DNA of 64,000 nucleotides from Neophaeotheca triangularis. Its lineage: Eukaryota. The notes below the pieces were generated by a model that ran no database searches, was not told the origin of the DNA, and worked only from the letters and a program-made list of their open reading frames with translations. Every line of letters begins with the position of its first letter. The stretch's first letter is position 1. Location: contig BAAIJX010000009.1 of assembly GCA_054600435.1 (NCBI GenBank), positions 248,001 to 312,000 of the forward strand, given 5' to 3'. The translations under genes and the position numbers were made by a program. This document shows, piece after piece, positions 46,064-57,515 of the stretch.

Positions 46064-48580
46064 TCAAGGCGCAACAGCCCGATCAATCTTGAAATACCTC
46101 ATCTCATCCTCCCTCTCCACAACCCCAATCTCCTCAACCAACTCCTTCCAAACCCCTGGCTTAGAGCTCAAACACCATTCCTCGACCTCCGCCTGCTTAC
46201 TCTGCCCCGGACAACCGGCAAACAGACTCCCCACCACAAAAGTATCAACAACACACTCCCCCTCAAGCTCGGCAGTTTCCAGAGTCCCTATCGCCAACTC
46301 ATTATCCCCATTGCCCGCCAACGCAGCCGCATAACTCGCCCACATACTCTGATCGAGCTCGACATTATTCCGCTTGAGCCGCGCCCACAGCTCCTGTGCT
46401 TTCAAATCCCCAAAAGGCGCCTTCTCGCACGCGCGTAGAGCGATGTGAATGCTGTTGTAGGTCGGGCCTTCGCGGCTGGCGACGATGTCATCCCAGAAAT
46501 CCAAGCCCTGACGCGGGCGCCCGCACGCCGTGTATGCGAGGATAAGCGCATTGTAGACGTACGTGTTGAGTTGGATATTAAAGTCGAGTTTGAGCTGGTT
46601 GTGCACAACTTCGAGGCTTTCGATGTCGCGAAGTTTGGCGGCGCCCATGAAGGCGGCGACGTAGGTGTCGGTGGTTGGAAGGGTGTCGGGCCGCGTGTGT
46701 GCTCGCATGTGGTTGAAGATGTGCACAGCCATGTCGGGGCGGTTGCGGTGTGTGGAAAAGAAGTTGGCCATTAGCTTTTCGCGCTCCGGGCGGGCGGTCT
46801 CGTCAAAGATGGTTTTGAGAATATTGTAGGCGTCCCAGCTGGCCGGTGTGGGGGTGTCGGGAGAGAGACAGTAGTCTATGAGGGTAGAGCGGACGACGGT
46901 CCGTTCGGCTGTGGAGTAGTGTACGGTGTGGGTATTGAGCAAGTCAACCGTGTCGTGGATTTCGTTGCGACTAAGATGGAGGACCGAGAGTGTGCTGACA
47001 GTCAGTGGCTCGAACCGGGCACGGCGGTCTGAAAGATCCCCGGCGACGGCCATGATGGTCTCAAAGTCATGCCGCCCGCTGGTGCAAAGCGCGACGAGGA
47101 GTTTGTTCACTGTCGAAAGGTCCTCGTTGGCCGAAAGGTCTTCGCCTTGCAAGTTCTTGTAAGCCACAAGCGCGCCATCGACGTCCCCAACCGCGAGGCG
47201 GTACTCTATTTGTAGGACAAATGTCCTTGCGTCCGGATGTATGCCTCGCTCGCGTCCAAGAGTAATGAAACGTTCGGCCATGTAAGGGTCCTTTTGTGAA
47301 ATTGCAAAATCAACCAGGCCATTGATAGTGGCAATGTCGGGTATGCGGTGGTGCTTTGGGTCTTGAATGGCTGAGTTGGACTGCTCCATTATCCCAAACA
47401 TGCGACCAATCTCATCCACGCTTTTCTTGGTACCTGCAGCCCAGATGAAGATGGCATCCCATACCGGCTTCGTAGGATTGGCCTTCATCATGTCTCGGAT
47501 GACGGAGTGACCAAGGTCTAATTCTCCGTGTCGCAGGCACCATCTGAGGACCTGACCTACTGCGCGCCCGTCAATATCCCGACCCGCTTGGACGAAGGGG
47601 TTCTGCGAATGGTGCCCCATAATGCTCGAGTATGCCGCCCACCATTTTTTGACAGATCCTGAATCTTCCCGGCTGCAATAGAAAGTGAGCAGAGGTTCTA
47701 TAAGCAGTCTGGATTTCATTTGTATGCCCCGCTCTTCTAGTATGCTTTCTGTTCGAAGCAATTCGCCCTCATTGCCTTGCCTCGAAAATGCCCATAGGAC
47801 CTGGCTCCAAAATTTAACGTAATCGATGCCCCGTTTCGGTGTTGATGTGTTTGGGCCAGCTTCTTCTGCCTCCATCCCAGCTTTGGGGGCGCCGTTTTGA
47901 ATGTTCTCGTCGCTACCCGGATCATTTGCGAGTAGAAGGTCACGAGCTTCTTCTAGTCTGCCAGTGTAGCAAAGTGCCATCGCACACGAGCCCGCAGCTC
48001 TGGTGACCCAAGTCCCCTTCTTGTCGGCATAGGTCTGGCGGAGCTCGTTGTATATTACTGATGCCAATTGCGCGTGCGCAGAGGATGATTGGCGAGGCGG
48101 CCTCGCAAGGACTTTGATAGCTGTGAAAAGTGTATCAAAATCAAGTCCACTCTGCCTGCCTGCAAACTCTTCGTTCTGAGACAGGCAATATTCCAAGCTC
48201 TTCAGTGCAACATCAGCATGCATGTCCTCTATTGACTGGCCCTTGCTGAATTTGAACTCGAAGAACTTGGTAAGAGCATCTTCCAGATCCTCCACCGGCG
48301 GTAGTCTAGCTCGTAGCCGTTGCATCTTCGCAAAAGTGACCATGGTGTCGACTCCTGGATCCAGTTCGGGTTCCGTAACATCTTTGGTCGCTCGTCTGAA
48401 CATGTCGAAGTTGAAAAAGTTGCGCCGTTGCGATTGGCCGATATGTAAAGGACTGTCTCTTCGCCTTCTCACCAGTGGCGCAAGACCCGCCTGCGGTCGT
48501 CTTCTCAAACATCCTGAGAAGACTAGGGGTTCGTTGGCGGCGAGTCTGCGGAAGACCTGGCGTGTGAGGTGGGACGGCAT
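46064..48580 (-). CDS. CIA84: Complex I intermediate-associated protein 84 (mitochondrial PPR protein)
   Basis: 838-aa ORF with Arg-rich mitochondrial presequence MPSHLTRQVFRRL, PDIATINGLVDFA, and PPR-like repeats (YVYNALILAYTACG, PTYNSIHIALRACE). Confidence 0.82.
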   Translation of the reverse strand: MPSHLTRQVFRRLAANEPLVFSGCLRRRPQAGLAPLVRRRRDSPLHIGQSQRRNFFNFDMFRRATKDVTEPELDPGVDTMVTFAKMQRLRARLPPVEDLEDALTKFFEFKFSKGQSIEDMHADVALKSLEYCLSQNEEFAGRQSGLDFDTLFTAIKVLARPPRQSSSAHAQLASVIYNELRQTYADKKGTWVTRAAGSCAMALCYTGRLEEARDLLLANDPGSDENIQNGAPKAGMEAEEAGPNTSTPKRGIDYVKFWSQVLWAFSRQGNEGELLRTESILEERGIQMKSRLLIEPLLTFYCSREDSGSVKKWWAAYSSIMGHHSQNPFVQAGRDIDGRAVGQVLRWCLRHGELDLGHSVIRDMMKANPTKPVWDAIFIWAAGTKKSVDEIGRMFGIMEQSNSAIQDPKHHRIPDIATINGLVDFAISQKDPYMAERFITLGRERGIHPDARTFVLQIEYRLAVGDVDGALVAYKNLQGEDLSANEDLSTVNKLLVALCTSGRHDFETIMAVAGDLSDRRARFEPLTVSTLSVLHLSRNEIHDTVDLLNTHTVHYSTAERTVVRSTLIDYCLSPDTPTPASWDAYNILKTIFDETARPEREKLMANFFSTHRNRPDMAVHIFNHMRAHTRPDTLPTTDTYVAAFMGAAKLRDIESLEVVHNQLKLDFNIQLNTYVYNALILAYTACGRPRQGLDFWDDIVASREGPTYNSIHIALRACEKAPFGDLKAQELWARLKRNNVELDQSMWASYAAALAGNGDNELAIGTLETAELEGECVVDTFVVGSLFAGCPGQSKQAEVEEWCLSSKPGVWKELVEEIGVVEREDEMRYFKIDRAVAP

Positions 48581-48909
48581 GTCGCGGTCGTAGTATCAAA
48601 TATGCCGGCGTCGCATCTATTGACAGAACGATAGACGCATAGATCCAGAAGAAAAACGACGAAACACGACAATAGGGGTAATAATATGGAATCAAGAGGC
48701 ACTTTAGTCGAGTACTCTGGAGCTCTCGATGATGGATGGTCTGCCAAGACACGAAAGAGAGAATCCGTCCTTCTCCTAGCGTATGTGTCTATTGGCCAAT
48801 GGGCGCCTTTCGGCCTTCATCTGGGCGAATCTCCTCGACGTCTCTACTACACTTCCAACTACTATGTACCACTGAGCGACCACAACCAAACACACCACAC
48901 AATAACATC

Positions 48910-49716
48910 ATGGCGCTCGAACAAACCATGAAGCGCCTCACCCTGCGCTCCGGCAGCAACAATATCTGCCGTCACTGCTGCCAAACCCGCAACCTCTCAA
49001 CCACCTTTCCCTTCCAAGCAGACAACCAAGGCCGGAGATACGAGAACATGAGCACCGCCGCCTTCGCCGACAGCATCCTCAAACCCCAACAGCCCAGCAC
49101 CGCCGATCCCTCAACCCGAGTCAACACAGCCCACCGCTCGCCCGCCTCCGCAACCTCGGCCGCCGCACCCCCTTCCCCAGGCTCGCCCGCCGCCCACCAA
49201 TCCAAGTCCCCCAACAACAACAGAATCTTCGACTTCGCTCGCTCTTCGATTCAGCAAGCTTCAACCCCCGCCGCGCAAGAAGCAAAACTCGCTGAACTCG
49301 CCCGCGCCACCAACCGCAACGACCTTGAAACCCAACTGCCTCGTGGCGCGCGCTGGCAACTCGGCGACGTCTATGCGCCGCACGACCTCTCTGGCGTCGA
49401 AGCGAACAAATTCAGGAAATCCCGTCGCGATGGCACTAGAGCTCGTGGGGAGTGGGACGTTGTGGATGTGCTGGGACTGCAGCCGAAGAACATGTATAGG
49501 AATTTTTCTGTCATGAGCGAGTATGTGACTGAGATGGGGAGGTTGAAGCGCCGGAATGAGACAGGTTTGAGGCCGGTAAACCAAAGGAGAATGGCGAAGG
49601 CTGTTAGGAGGGCTGTGGGTATCGGTTTGATGCCCAGTGTGCATCGGCATCCGGAGATTTTGCTCAAGGGAAGGGCGAGGGTTATGGGGATGGGGGGTGC
49701 GAATAATAACAGATAG
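48910..49716 (+). CDS. RSM18: Mitochondrial small-subunit ribosomal protein bS18m
   Basis: ATG at 48910. WQLGDVYAPHDLS and the S18 domain YRNFSVMSEYVTEMGRL...TGLRPVNQRRMAKAVRRAVGIGLMPSVHRHPE. Confidence 0.9.
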   Translation: MALEQTMKRLTLRSGSNNICRHCCQTRNLSTTFPFQADNQGRRYENMSTAAFADSILKPQQPSTADPSTRVNTAHRSPASATSAAAPPSPGSPAAHQSKSPNNNRIFDFARSSIQQASTPAAQEAKLAELARATNRNDLETQLPRGARWQLGDVYAPHDLSGVEANKFRKSRRDGTRARGEWDVVDVLGLQPKNMYRNFSVMSEYVTEMGRLKRRNETGLRPVNQRRMAKAVRRAVGIGLMPSVHRHPEILLKGRARVMGMGGANNNR

Positions 49717-51193
49717 GTTGAGAATGGCTGTGACAGTCGTCCGATGGGGACAGTCGACGAAGGAAGAAGAGCTTAGTGGGAACGGAGATGGGAGGGAAAT
49801 TCTTATTCTTGCTCTATCGAAGGGGAAAAGGGAAGGCCCATAACCCGCCGAGGGCACGGTAGCGCAGCAGAGGCTACTGGCCGGGTGAGACACAAACGTA
49901 CTGCAATGTCAGAAGACCACTGTAGGAAAAGAAAAGCATAAAGCACTGTACCAACACTACTTAAAATCACCCAAGACAACAAACAGCCTCACCCGGCCCT
50001 ACCAAGAACCTGCACGTGATAGACACCCGGTCCACCCACAGCCTAGAAACACATACAGCAGCAAACCAAAAACATCCTTCGAAAACACCTCTGCACCTTT
50101 GCATAAAACCAACACTCCTACTCACAAGAGCCAAAACCCTCTCCTATAGCCTCCTCATTTTCACCTTCGCCTCCACCGCCCGCTCGGCTTCCAACTTCCC
50201 AGACTTTCACCACACCTCCTTGCAACCCCAAAGCCGTCGATCCCCCTACGGCCGAAGCCAAAGCAAGCCTCCACAAAGCAACACGACAGCGAGCCAGCAA
50301 ACCACCCAACCCAAACCCCAACCGCATGCCACTAGCCTAACCACGTGCCCGCAACCATACTAACGTGCTACATCCCACCCACCACCCACCCAATCAAACC
50401 CCCGAACCCAGCCAATCGCACAAGATCGAGTGCCGTGCCACTGCCTGCTGATCATTTGCCACTAGTTATCGTCCCGAGGTCTTCTCACCAGCCCGACGGC
50501 TTTTGTACATACCTCACCTTGGCCAGGCAAGACGCAACGACATTTTTCACTGCTCGTGTAACCGCGAGGACTATTTACCTCTGCCTCTATTCAGCCCAAG
50601 CTCCGGCGACGTTACCAAATCACCACGGATTCCGCGAATACCATCAAACCACGGGGGACAAAAGCAAACACCACAAGAGAAGAGAAGAGAAGGGAAGAGA
50701 GGTGAGGTAAGGTATGATACATTCGTAACCGGGCATTCTGCAGATCCACTACTCCATCGCTAAAATCGCTATCTCAAAAGGGTAGCAGCATGCTAGTGGG
50801 ATTGCTGCAACAGAGTAAAGAAAGAAAAAACAAACGCTCTCCCTCCTCGCACTTCCAGGCTTGCTACACACAGCTTCTCATCGGTGTGTCGTGTCCGGAA
50901 GGCCTGGATGAGGAAAGCATGCCTGGGTGGTGATGTGTGTTGTACACGTCTGCGCCACGGGGTAGGCATGCTGGGAAGGGTGTCGGGGCTGTAGTGAAAC
51001 TGTCGCAGGCCGTGTGGGAGAAGATTCCGCCAGACTGAAAGCCCCAAAGCGCGCCACGCTGGACTCTCCCACGGCACACTCTCCCACGGTCGAAACCATC
51101 CACCATCTTTCACTCTTCCTTCACACCCGAAACCGCGAAACCCCTCTTACGCCTCCTCTGGGCCTTAACAACCATAGTCGAGATTTCGGATTT

Positions 51194-53990
51194 CTACTCC
51201 TCCTCCGACTCCTCGCTCTCATCACCTGAGCTGGCATCCGCGGCACGAACGCCGCCACCGTTGGCAGGACTGATACCCCTCCCGGGGTCCTCATACTGCG
51301 CCAACTGCTGCTTGATAGAGCTGATCTTGTCAATCTGCTCCTTCTTACCCATGGGCTTATGCTTCTTCTTGGCCGCGTTACTCTTGCCGCCACCGCCGCC
51401 ACGAGGCATACGCTCGGGCTCAAAGTCGTCATCATCGGCCGCTGCAACATCGTCTGGAGACGCGCGGGAGGTTTGCGGTTTGCCGAAGATGGAGCGGACG
51501 TGCTTGAGCAGCAGAAGTTGTACGTCGTTGGGGAGGTCGTCGATCTCAAGCTCCATATCGTCACCCATGTCGGCATACTTCTTGCAATTGTCGGTAATGA
51601 TTTGGGTGAGGCGTTCAACCTGGCGGGCGTCCATTTGTTCTACAGCGGTGGAGATTTCCTGCTTTTCGTCGTAGGTGACTTGGCGTGGTTTGGCGGCCTT
51701 TTTCTTTGGGGCGGGCTTGGCGGGTTTGGAGAGAGGGATTGTCGGTTTCTTTGCCTTTTTGGACGCCTTACCCTTCTCCTTCGCTTTCTTCGCTTTCATC
51801 TGAGTGCCCGCGAGAGCTTTTTGGATGTCGAGGAGCTGTTGGCTGAGCTTGGCGATGGTCTCGGCGTTGACATCGTCAGGTTGGTCTTCCTCGTCTTCCT
51901 CCTCATCTTCTTCACTCTCGTCGCCTGAAGCTGGAGACTCGCGCTGGGATGTTGGCTGATGTTGCTTTTCCCACTTGGACTTGTTCCCCCAAAGCAATGT
52001 GAATTCGCGTTTAAGTTGAATGGCCATGTCGCGGACGGGGTTCCCAGGAGGGTTGAACGCGAGAGCGTTTTGGACCATGAGCTCAAAGTCTTTGGAGAAT
52101 TCGGTTGCTCTACCGTACTGTCCGGTCTTGAGCTTCTGCGCCATGGTGCCGAGATCCATCGGATGTTTGACAACCTGGCGATAATGCGGAATGTTGAGTG
52201 CTACAGGATCCACGGGCACCAGGAAGGGCGAGTTGTGCATCCCGTACTTGGGACTGCGGATCTGGTCGAGAACATCCTCGCAGAATTTGAGCTCCAGTTG
52301 ATGTTCCTTTCGCTTCGGCTTCGGGTAGGTCACTTCACGGTTTGCCGGAGGCTTGATGGCACGCGATGGACGGTTCATGGTGCTATCACGGCGGATCTGC
52401 GGTGTGCCATCGGGCTGAAGAGCGAACGTTTCCCTTCCTGCGGCTCCACTCGTTACAGCTGCACCCGATCCACTGACAGCGGCGGCAGCAGGGGCAGGAG
52501 CAGCAGCCCCCGTTCCATTGGCCGCAGGAGATGGCGCATGCACTGGGGCACGAGATTCTCGGCGCGACGGAGCTTTCGATGCGGGCGGGCTGCGTTTCTT
52601 CTGAGACTTGACGGGGAGAGCAACATTCGGACCCGGGATTGCCTGCATCATCTTGCGGAAATAAGCCTCCATGGAATTGCCTTGTTGTGTCACTGGATGG
52701 TCAGGACCGTTGAATGTCTTTGTGTTGGAGATGATGAGATCAAAGTCATTGACGAGGGCTTGCACAGTAGCGTATTTGTCCTCTTTCAATTTTGTCTCCA
52801 TCTGACTGATGTCCATGGGGTTTTTGATGATCGTGGGATAAGAGGGAATTTTAAGCGCCTCCCAATCCACAGGTTTGACGAAGAGATTGGCGGGCCGTGT
52901 CTTCTTCAGGTTCTTCATCTTCTCCAGTAACGCCATCTTTTGAGGCGCCGTCATCGGCTCTGTGCAGTACTGGGCTGTTTGGGAGGATTGGTTCGATCCA
53001 TCTGGCTCCATGGGAGGAGCTGCAGATGCCGCAGGTGCCGAGGCCGCCGCTTCTGTCGACGGTCGTACATCTTTTGCAGCTTCTTCGACAGGAGGCGAGG
53101 CCGCCACTTTAGTGGATGTTTCAGGTGCAGAAGCGGCAGCAGTGGCAATTGCATTTTCTTCCTCTACGATGTCCATCTTCTCGTCGACGTCAGCGGGGGC
53201 CTTCGGTGCTGATTCTGCAATCGGCCCTTCGGGCTCCGCCTCAGTCTTTGCCCGTTTGACGCGATGCTCATCATTGTCAACGTCATCTTCACGGGCGCGC
53301 ACCACGCCAGCAACCTGTTCAGGAGCGGGCGCGGTGAGAGGCGACTTTGCAGGTTCTTCGTGTGGAGCCCCCTGCGCAGGTTCATGATCACCGGAAGCAG
53401 GCGGAGGGTCTTCACCCACACCGTTGGTGGGGGCGTTCTCAATGAATGAAGTGCCATTTGCCTCGTGTACTACTTCTGGCTGAGGCTGAGCATCTTGACG
53501 TGGCGCATCCTCACCCGTCACATCCTCCATCACCGCATCGACGTCGGTACCGGAGTCCACGGGAGGCTCAGGAGGAGGCGTGGGATGAGATGAGGCGTCT
53601 TTGGGGAGATATGGGGTTACAGGATCCATGCCAGACGAAACAGATTCAACAGGGTTGGCAGCGGGAGCAACGGGATTGGAGTCAGGAGCAGATACGGGAG
53701 CTTCCTTGAGATTTATCGTTGCTTCTGTGGACTGAAGTGAAGATGCATCTCGATTTTCGCCAAAGGCACCTGCGTTTTGTTGCGACGTTGCTACGTCAGG
53801 TTGTGGTGAGCTATGGAGATATGCATTAGCTTATGGCCATGAAGGTGAAATTGCGCAGGCAGAGTGTCAAGTGAAAGAGATTTAAATTATCAACTCACCC
53901 GTTGGTCATGCGCGTGTCGCCCCCTTCCTGTCGCGTCTGGTCGACGTCGTCGGCAGGTGGCGCCTGGGGTTGCGCGACCTCGGAGGCCAT
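51194..53990 (-). CDS. BDF1: BET-family double-bromodomain protein with ET domain, 2 exons
   Basis: ATG at 53990, intron 53898-53811 keeps the frame. BD1 FVKPVDWEALKIPSYPTIIKNPMD...TFNG, BD2 PFLVPVDPVALNIPHYRQVVKHPMDLGT...AFNP, ET VTYDEKQEIS...ELEIDDLP. Confidence 0.92.
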
Positions 53991-54035
53991 TATGGTTGAT
54001 CAGGAAGGTGAAGTGAGTGACAGGGATGTTTTCCA

Positions 54036-54430
54036 CACGTGACTGCGCGTGGATAGAAAAGTATTCTAGAGGTAAGCCGCTTTGTCGTTTGCGCGCGCGT
54101 TTCGAAACACGAATGTTTTGATTGGTCGCGGGGTCGCGCGTAGTGCCGAATGAAGCGCGTGTTTCGAGCGTTTGTCAAGAGAGTGTGAGTCTTCAGATGA
54201 AGAATCAACACGTGATTAGTATTATTAGCGCGTCCTGGGTCGGGTTCGAGTGAAGTGAGGGAGGGAGGGAGTCGGTGTTGATGATGTTGTTCGGGAAGGG
54301 GTCGTGCGCCGGCGCAAGCGTGGATGTGGCTCGGGGATCGAATAGGAGGAGAGTCGGCGGTAGAAGAGCAAATTTACTTGTAGCTCGGCTGTGGAGCTGG
54401 GTGCGCCACTGGGTCCGAGCAGACCACGTG
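54036..54430 (-). promoter_or_regulatory. BDF1 upstream cluster of ACGCG (MCB-core) and RTCACGTG (Cbf1-type E-box) sites
   Basis: CGCGT at 54046, 54096, 54137, 54156, 54229. CACGTGAY at 54036, 54209, 54425. ATTGG (CCAAT on minus strand) at 54121. Confidence 0.5.
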
Positions 54431-54979
54431 ACCAGTCAAAGCCTTGATTTTGACAATGACACGGCTGCCTGCCAATCCGATGTCGCGCGCGACTTTGAAG
54501 GTCGACTTCCACGATGCAGGTGGGTTGTTGTCAAGTTTTGGTAGTAGTGAGGCTAAAGGTATGAGAATACCAAGTCACCCGATGCCGGAGTACTGGGACA
54601 AGAGTGTTGTCGTTATTGTTATTGTTGTCTGGAGTCGACGGCGACGTGTCGTGAATAATGAATGCGGTCCAACTAGTGAAAGCGACCGTGCGCGAGGGCG
54701 GCAAGTGGAAGCCAGGTGGATGGTAAGAGCTACTAGTAATAACTTAAGGTGTGAGGGGACGGGGCGGCGTGCTGGAAACTTCTCCCTTTGGAACTGGACA
54801 CGACGCGTGGAAGAATGCGACAGACTGGAGAGGAGGCGAAGTAGTAATCGGATTACTTTATTAAAGGCGACGGCGTCGGGCGATGCAAGTCCAAGGTAAG
54901 TCGGCAGCGGGATTATCGATGAAACGGGCGGAAACCTGAGGCAGCCTGGAGGCAAGCAATTGGAAGCAACAACGGTGGG

Positions 54980-54980
<1 letters not shown>

Positions 54981-55010
<30 letters not shown>
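54981..55010. repeat. (TCG)10 microsatellite
   Basis: Ten perfect TCG units between BDF1 and UTP5. Confidence 0.95.
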
Positions 55011-55011
<1 letters not shown>

Positions 55012-55209
55012 GACAAGTCCAGAATATACTGTATCTGGGTAATAAAATGGAGAACGAAAAAAGACACAGATCGCGCCGGCATGGACGCGACTCTCTCTTA
55101 TTATTTCTTTCCAACTTGGCCGACCCCCTACCTTGCGCGCCATCACAACTAAACGCCCTCTCATTGGTTCGGTAGAGTCGGCCTCATGCAAACTCTCCTT
55201 TTCCCGCAC

Positions 55210-55220
55210 TGAAAAATTTC
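55210..55220 (+). promoter_or_regulatory. RRPE ribosome-biogenesis promoter element
   Basis: TGAAAAATTTC matches the RRPE consensus and lies about 375 bp upstream of UTP5. Confidence 0.55.
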
Positions 55221-55593
55221 ACGGCCGTCATTCGACCTCGTTTGGTCGTTCCCAGGTTACCTTATCTATCTAACTAGGTACCGCAAAGTAATTGATACAT
55301 AACTTATATACTACTGCTGGAAAGCCTCGTTGTCGCACAATAATAATACCTGATAGTATATACGCATATCTTGACGTCTGCTGTATTGTGTCCTGCCCCC
55401 TCCGTCTCCCGATCTCCGTCTTTGGCCTCAGGTTCCCACCGTTGCAGCAAAGCAAGCGTGCCAAGACCCTAGCTCTCTCTCTTTTGTGGGTCTATAGACT
55501 TTTCTGACCTTGACGACATTCGACACCTGAGCATCCATACATACTGTACCGTCCCGACTACCACATCCTCCTCCATTGGGCAATGTACTCGCC

Positions 55594-57063
55594 ATGAGTG
55601 CTTCAAAGCGCCTCCGTCAGCGGCAAGAGGATGCCACCCGCGCAGCTTCTCCTCAATCCGCCAACAAACGCCTGAAAACTACCAAAGCCACTCACGTGCC
55701 AGCTGCTAAAAGCGGTCTCGACTTCCTGGTCGATGAGAATGCGAGAGACGGGAGAAAGCTGGGTGCAAAGCTCACCAATGGCGCTCCGAGAAAGAACACC
55801 ACCCAGGTGAACGAGTCGAATGCGATTGTAGCGCCCAATACTGCTCAGGTTGAAGCAAATGAGACGCAGCCCGAGGTTATAGACATTTCCAGCGGCGAGG
55901 AGGAATCAAGTGAACTTGAAGAGTCGGAGGATCACGCAGACGAGGGTGCGCAAGCTGAGGGTCCAACGTCCCAACAGAAACCCTCTATCAACGGCCATAT
56001 CTCACCAGTGTCTGATGAGCAGGAAGGCTCTGGCCACGGCGATGTTGAGATGGGTGGCATGGGCGATGATAATGGCGATACCGGAGAGGAACCTTCACTT
56101 GGCGACATGCTCTTAGCTCGACACCCCGAACCGATCAACGTTGCCGATTCCTTCCAGGATCCTTTCGCCGAATCCAAAGCCATGGTGCCTTCAGCGGGTA
56201 AAGCTCTCGCCGTTCCATCTGGCAACTCCTTAGGTACAGTGCTCACCCAGGCACTCCGAACCAACGACAAGGATCTGCTGGAAAGCTGTTTCCAGACAAA
56301 CGACAAAGCTAGCATACGAGCTACCGTACAGCGACTTCAGTCCCAGCATGTCGCAAGCCTGCTTACCAGGCTGGCAGAACGGATACACAAGCGGCCGGGC
56401 AGGACTGGCAACCTCCTTGTCTGGATACAGTGGTGCTTGGTCGCTCACGGTGGCTACCTCTCCTCCCAACCTGACGTCCTGAAACAGCTCGCGTCCCTGC
56501 AATCAGTCATTCGGGAGCGCGCAAACGGTCTTCAGCCTCTGTTGCACGTCAAAGGGAAATTGGACATGCTCAGTGCGCAGCTCGAACTTAGACGAGACTT
56601 GCACCAGTCCTCGCGCGCGTCGAACGGGGAGGAAGATGAAGATGATGCCGTCATCTATGTCGAAGGGCAGGATGACGACTGGTCGAGCAGTGAAGGAGAG
56701 GAGCGAGATGAGGAGACGAGTGCACGGGCGATTGCGCCTCCATCGACAAGCAAAAAGGGCAGGAAGCCCCCTACCTTTGTTTCCGGCAACGCTTCTGCTA
56801 GCGAGGGCAGCGATGACGAACAAATGCCGACCACCAACGGCGTCTCGCATCACGATCAAGATGAGGACTCTGGAAGCGAAGAAGAAGACCAAGATGGCAT
56901 GCTCGATGTCGAGGCCGAAGAGACCGACGACGACGATGCGGAAGAGGACTCCGAAGACGATGCAGACGACCAAGAGGCTAGCGAAGAGGAGGACATGTCC
57001 GAGGACGAGAGCGAGGAGGAAGCACAGCCTGCAAAACCTGCAAAGCTCAATCGAAAGCGATAA
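55594..57063 (+). CDS. UTP5: U3 snoRNA-associated protein Utp5 (Utp12/Dip2 C-terminal domain)
   Basis: SLGTVLTQALRTNDKDLLESC...IRATVQRL...RPGRTGNLLVWIQWCLVAHGGYL...KGKLDMLSAQ, followed by a long acidic tail. Confidence 0.85.
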   Translation: MSASKRLRQRQEDATRAASPQSANKRLKTTKATHVPAAKSGLDFLVDENARDGRKLGAKLTNGAPRKNTTQVNESNAIVAPNTAQVEANETQPEVIDISSGEEESSELEESEDHADEGAQAEGPTSQQKPSINGHISPVSDEQEGSGHGDVEMGGMGDDNGDTGEEPSLGDMLLARHPEPINVADSFQDPFAESKAMVPSAGKALAVPSGNSLGTVLTQALRTNDKDLLESCFQTNDKASIRATVQRLQSQHVASLLTRLAERIHKRPGRTGNLLVWIQWCLVAHGGYLSSQPDVLKQLASLQSVIRERANGLQPLLHVKGKLDMLSAQLELRRDLHQSSRASNGEEDEDDAVIYVEGQDDDWSSSEGEERDEETSARAIAPPSTSKKGRKPPTFVSGNASASEGSDDEQMPTTNGVSHHDQDEDSGSEEEDQDGMLDVEAEETDDDDAEEDSEDDADDQEASEEEDMSEDESEEEAQPAKPAKLNRKR

Positions 57064-57173
57064 ACCTGTCAACCGTAGGGATACCGGAGCGTGTGTGTAT
57101 ATATTGGACAGGCTTACGATGTGGGAGGGGATTTTGCACAGGAGCGAGGGTGAGTCTGCTTTCCGCAGCATTT

Positions 57174-57515
57174 TTAGCGGTAGAGGACTGTGCACAGGAA
57201 AGGATGTGCATATGATACCCAGCGTCGGCGTTCGGGAAGAAGTTGGCATAACGTTGTTTTATCAGCCTCGAGGCTATTCAGTTTTCGACACTTCATCCTG
57301 CGTGCTCGCTTCTTCGAGGTAGGCCCCTTCTTCTGCTCATCGACACTAAAGGCTCTCGAATCAAATCCTCCCCCTTTACGATACCGCGAAGATGGACTAA
57401 GCGTGAAGTACATCGCAACCATGATACTTCCAGCAAAGACAATTCGCCACAGGAGTCGGCGCCGACCGCCACGGTACGACTCGTTATATTTGGGTGCATA
57501 CGGAAACACGGCCAT
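57174..57515 (-). CDS. Putative small single-pass membrane protein
   Basis: ATG in good context (ACAATGG). Reads MAVFPYAPKYNESYRGGRRR, then hydrophobic LLWRIVFAGSIMVAMYFTL, then a basic tail. Confidence 0.35.
   Translation of the reverse strand: MAVFPYAPKYNESYRGGRRRLLWRIVFAGSIMVAMYFTLSPSSRYRKGGGFDSRAFSVDEQKKGPTSKKRARRMKCRKLNSLEADKTTLCQLLPERRRWVSYAHPFLCTVLYR

Noticed and set aside
45721..46092. ORFs immediately downstream of CIA84
   Set aside because: They fall in the expected 3' UTR and have no recognisable features.
51959..52930. 323-aa antisense ORF inside BDF1 (and similar shadow ORFs in SFB3, UTP5, RAP1)
   Set aside because: Explained by codon bias of the sense gene in GC-rich DNA.
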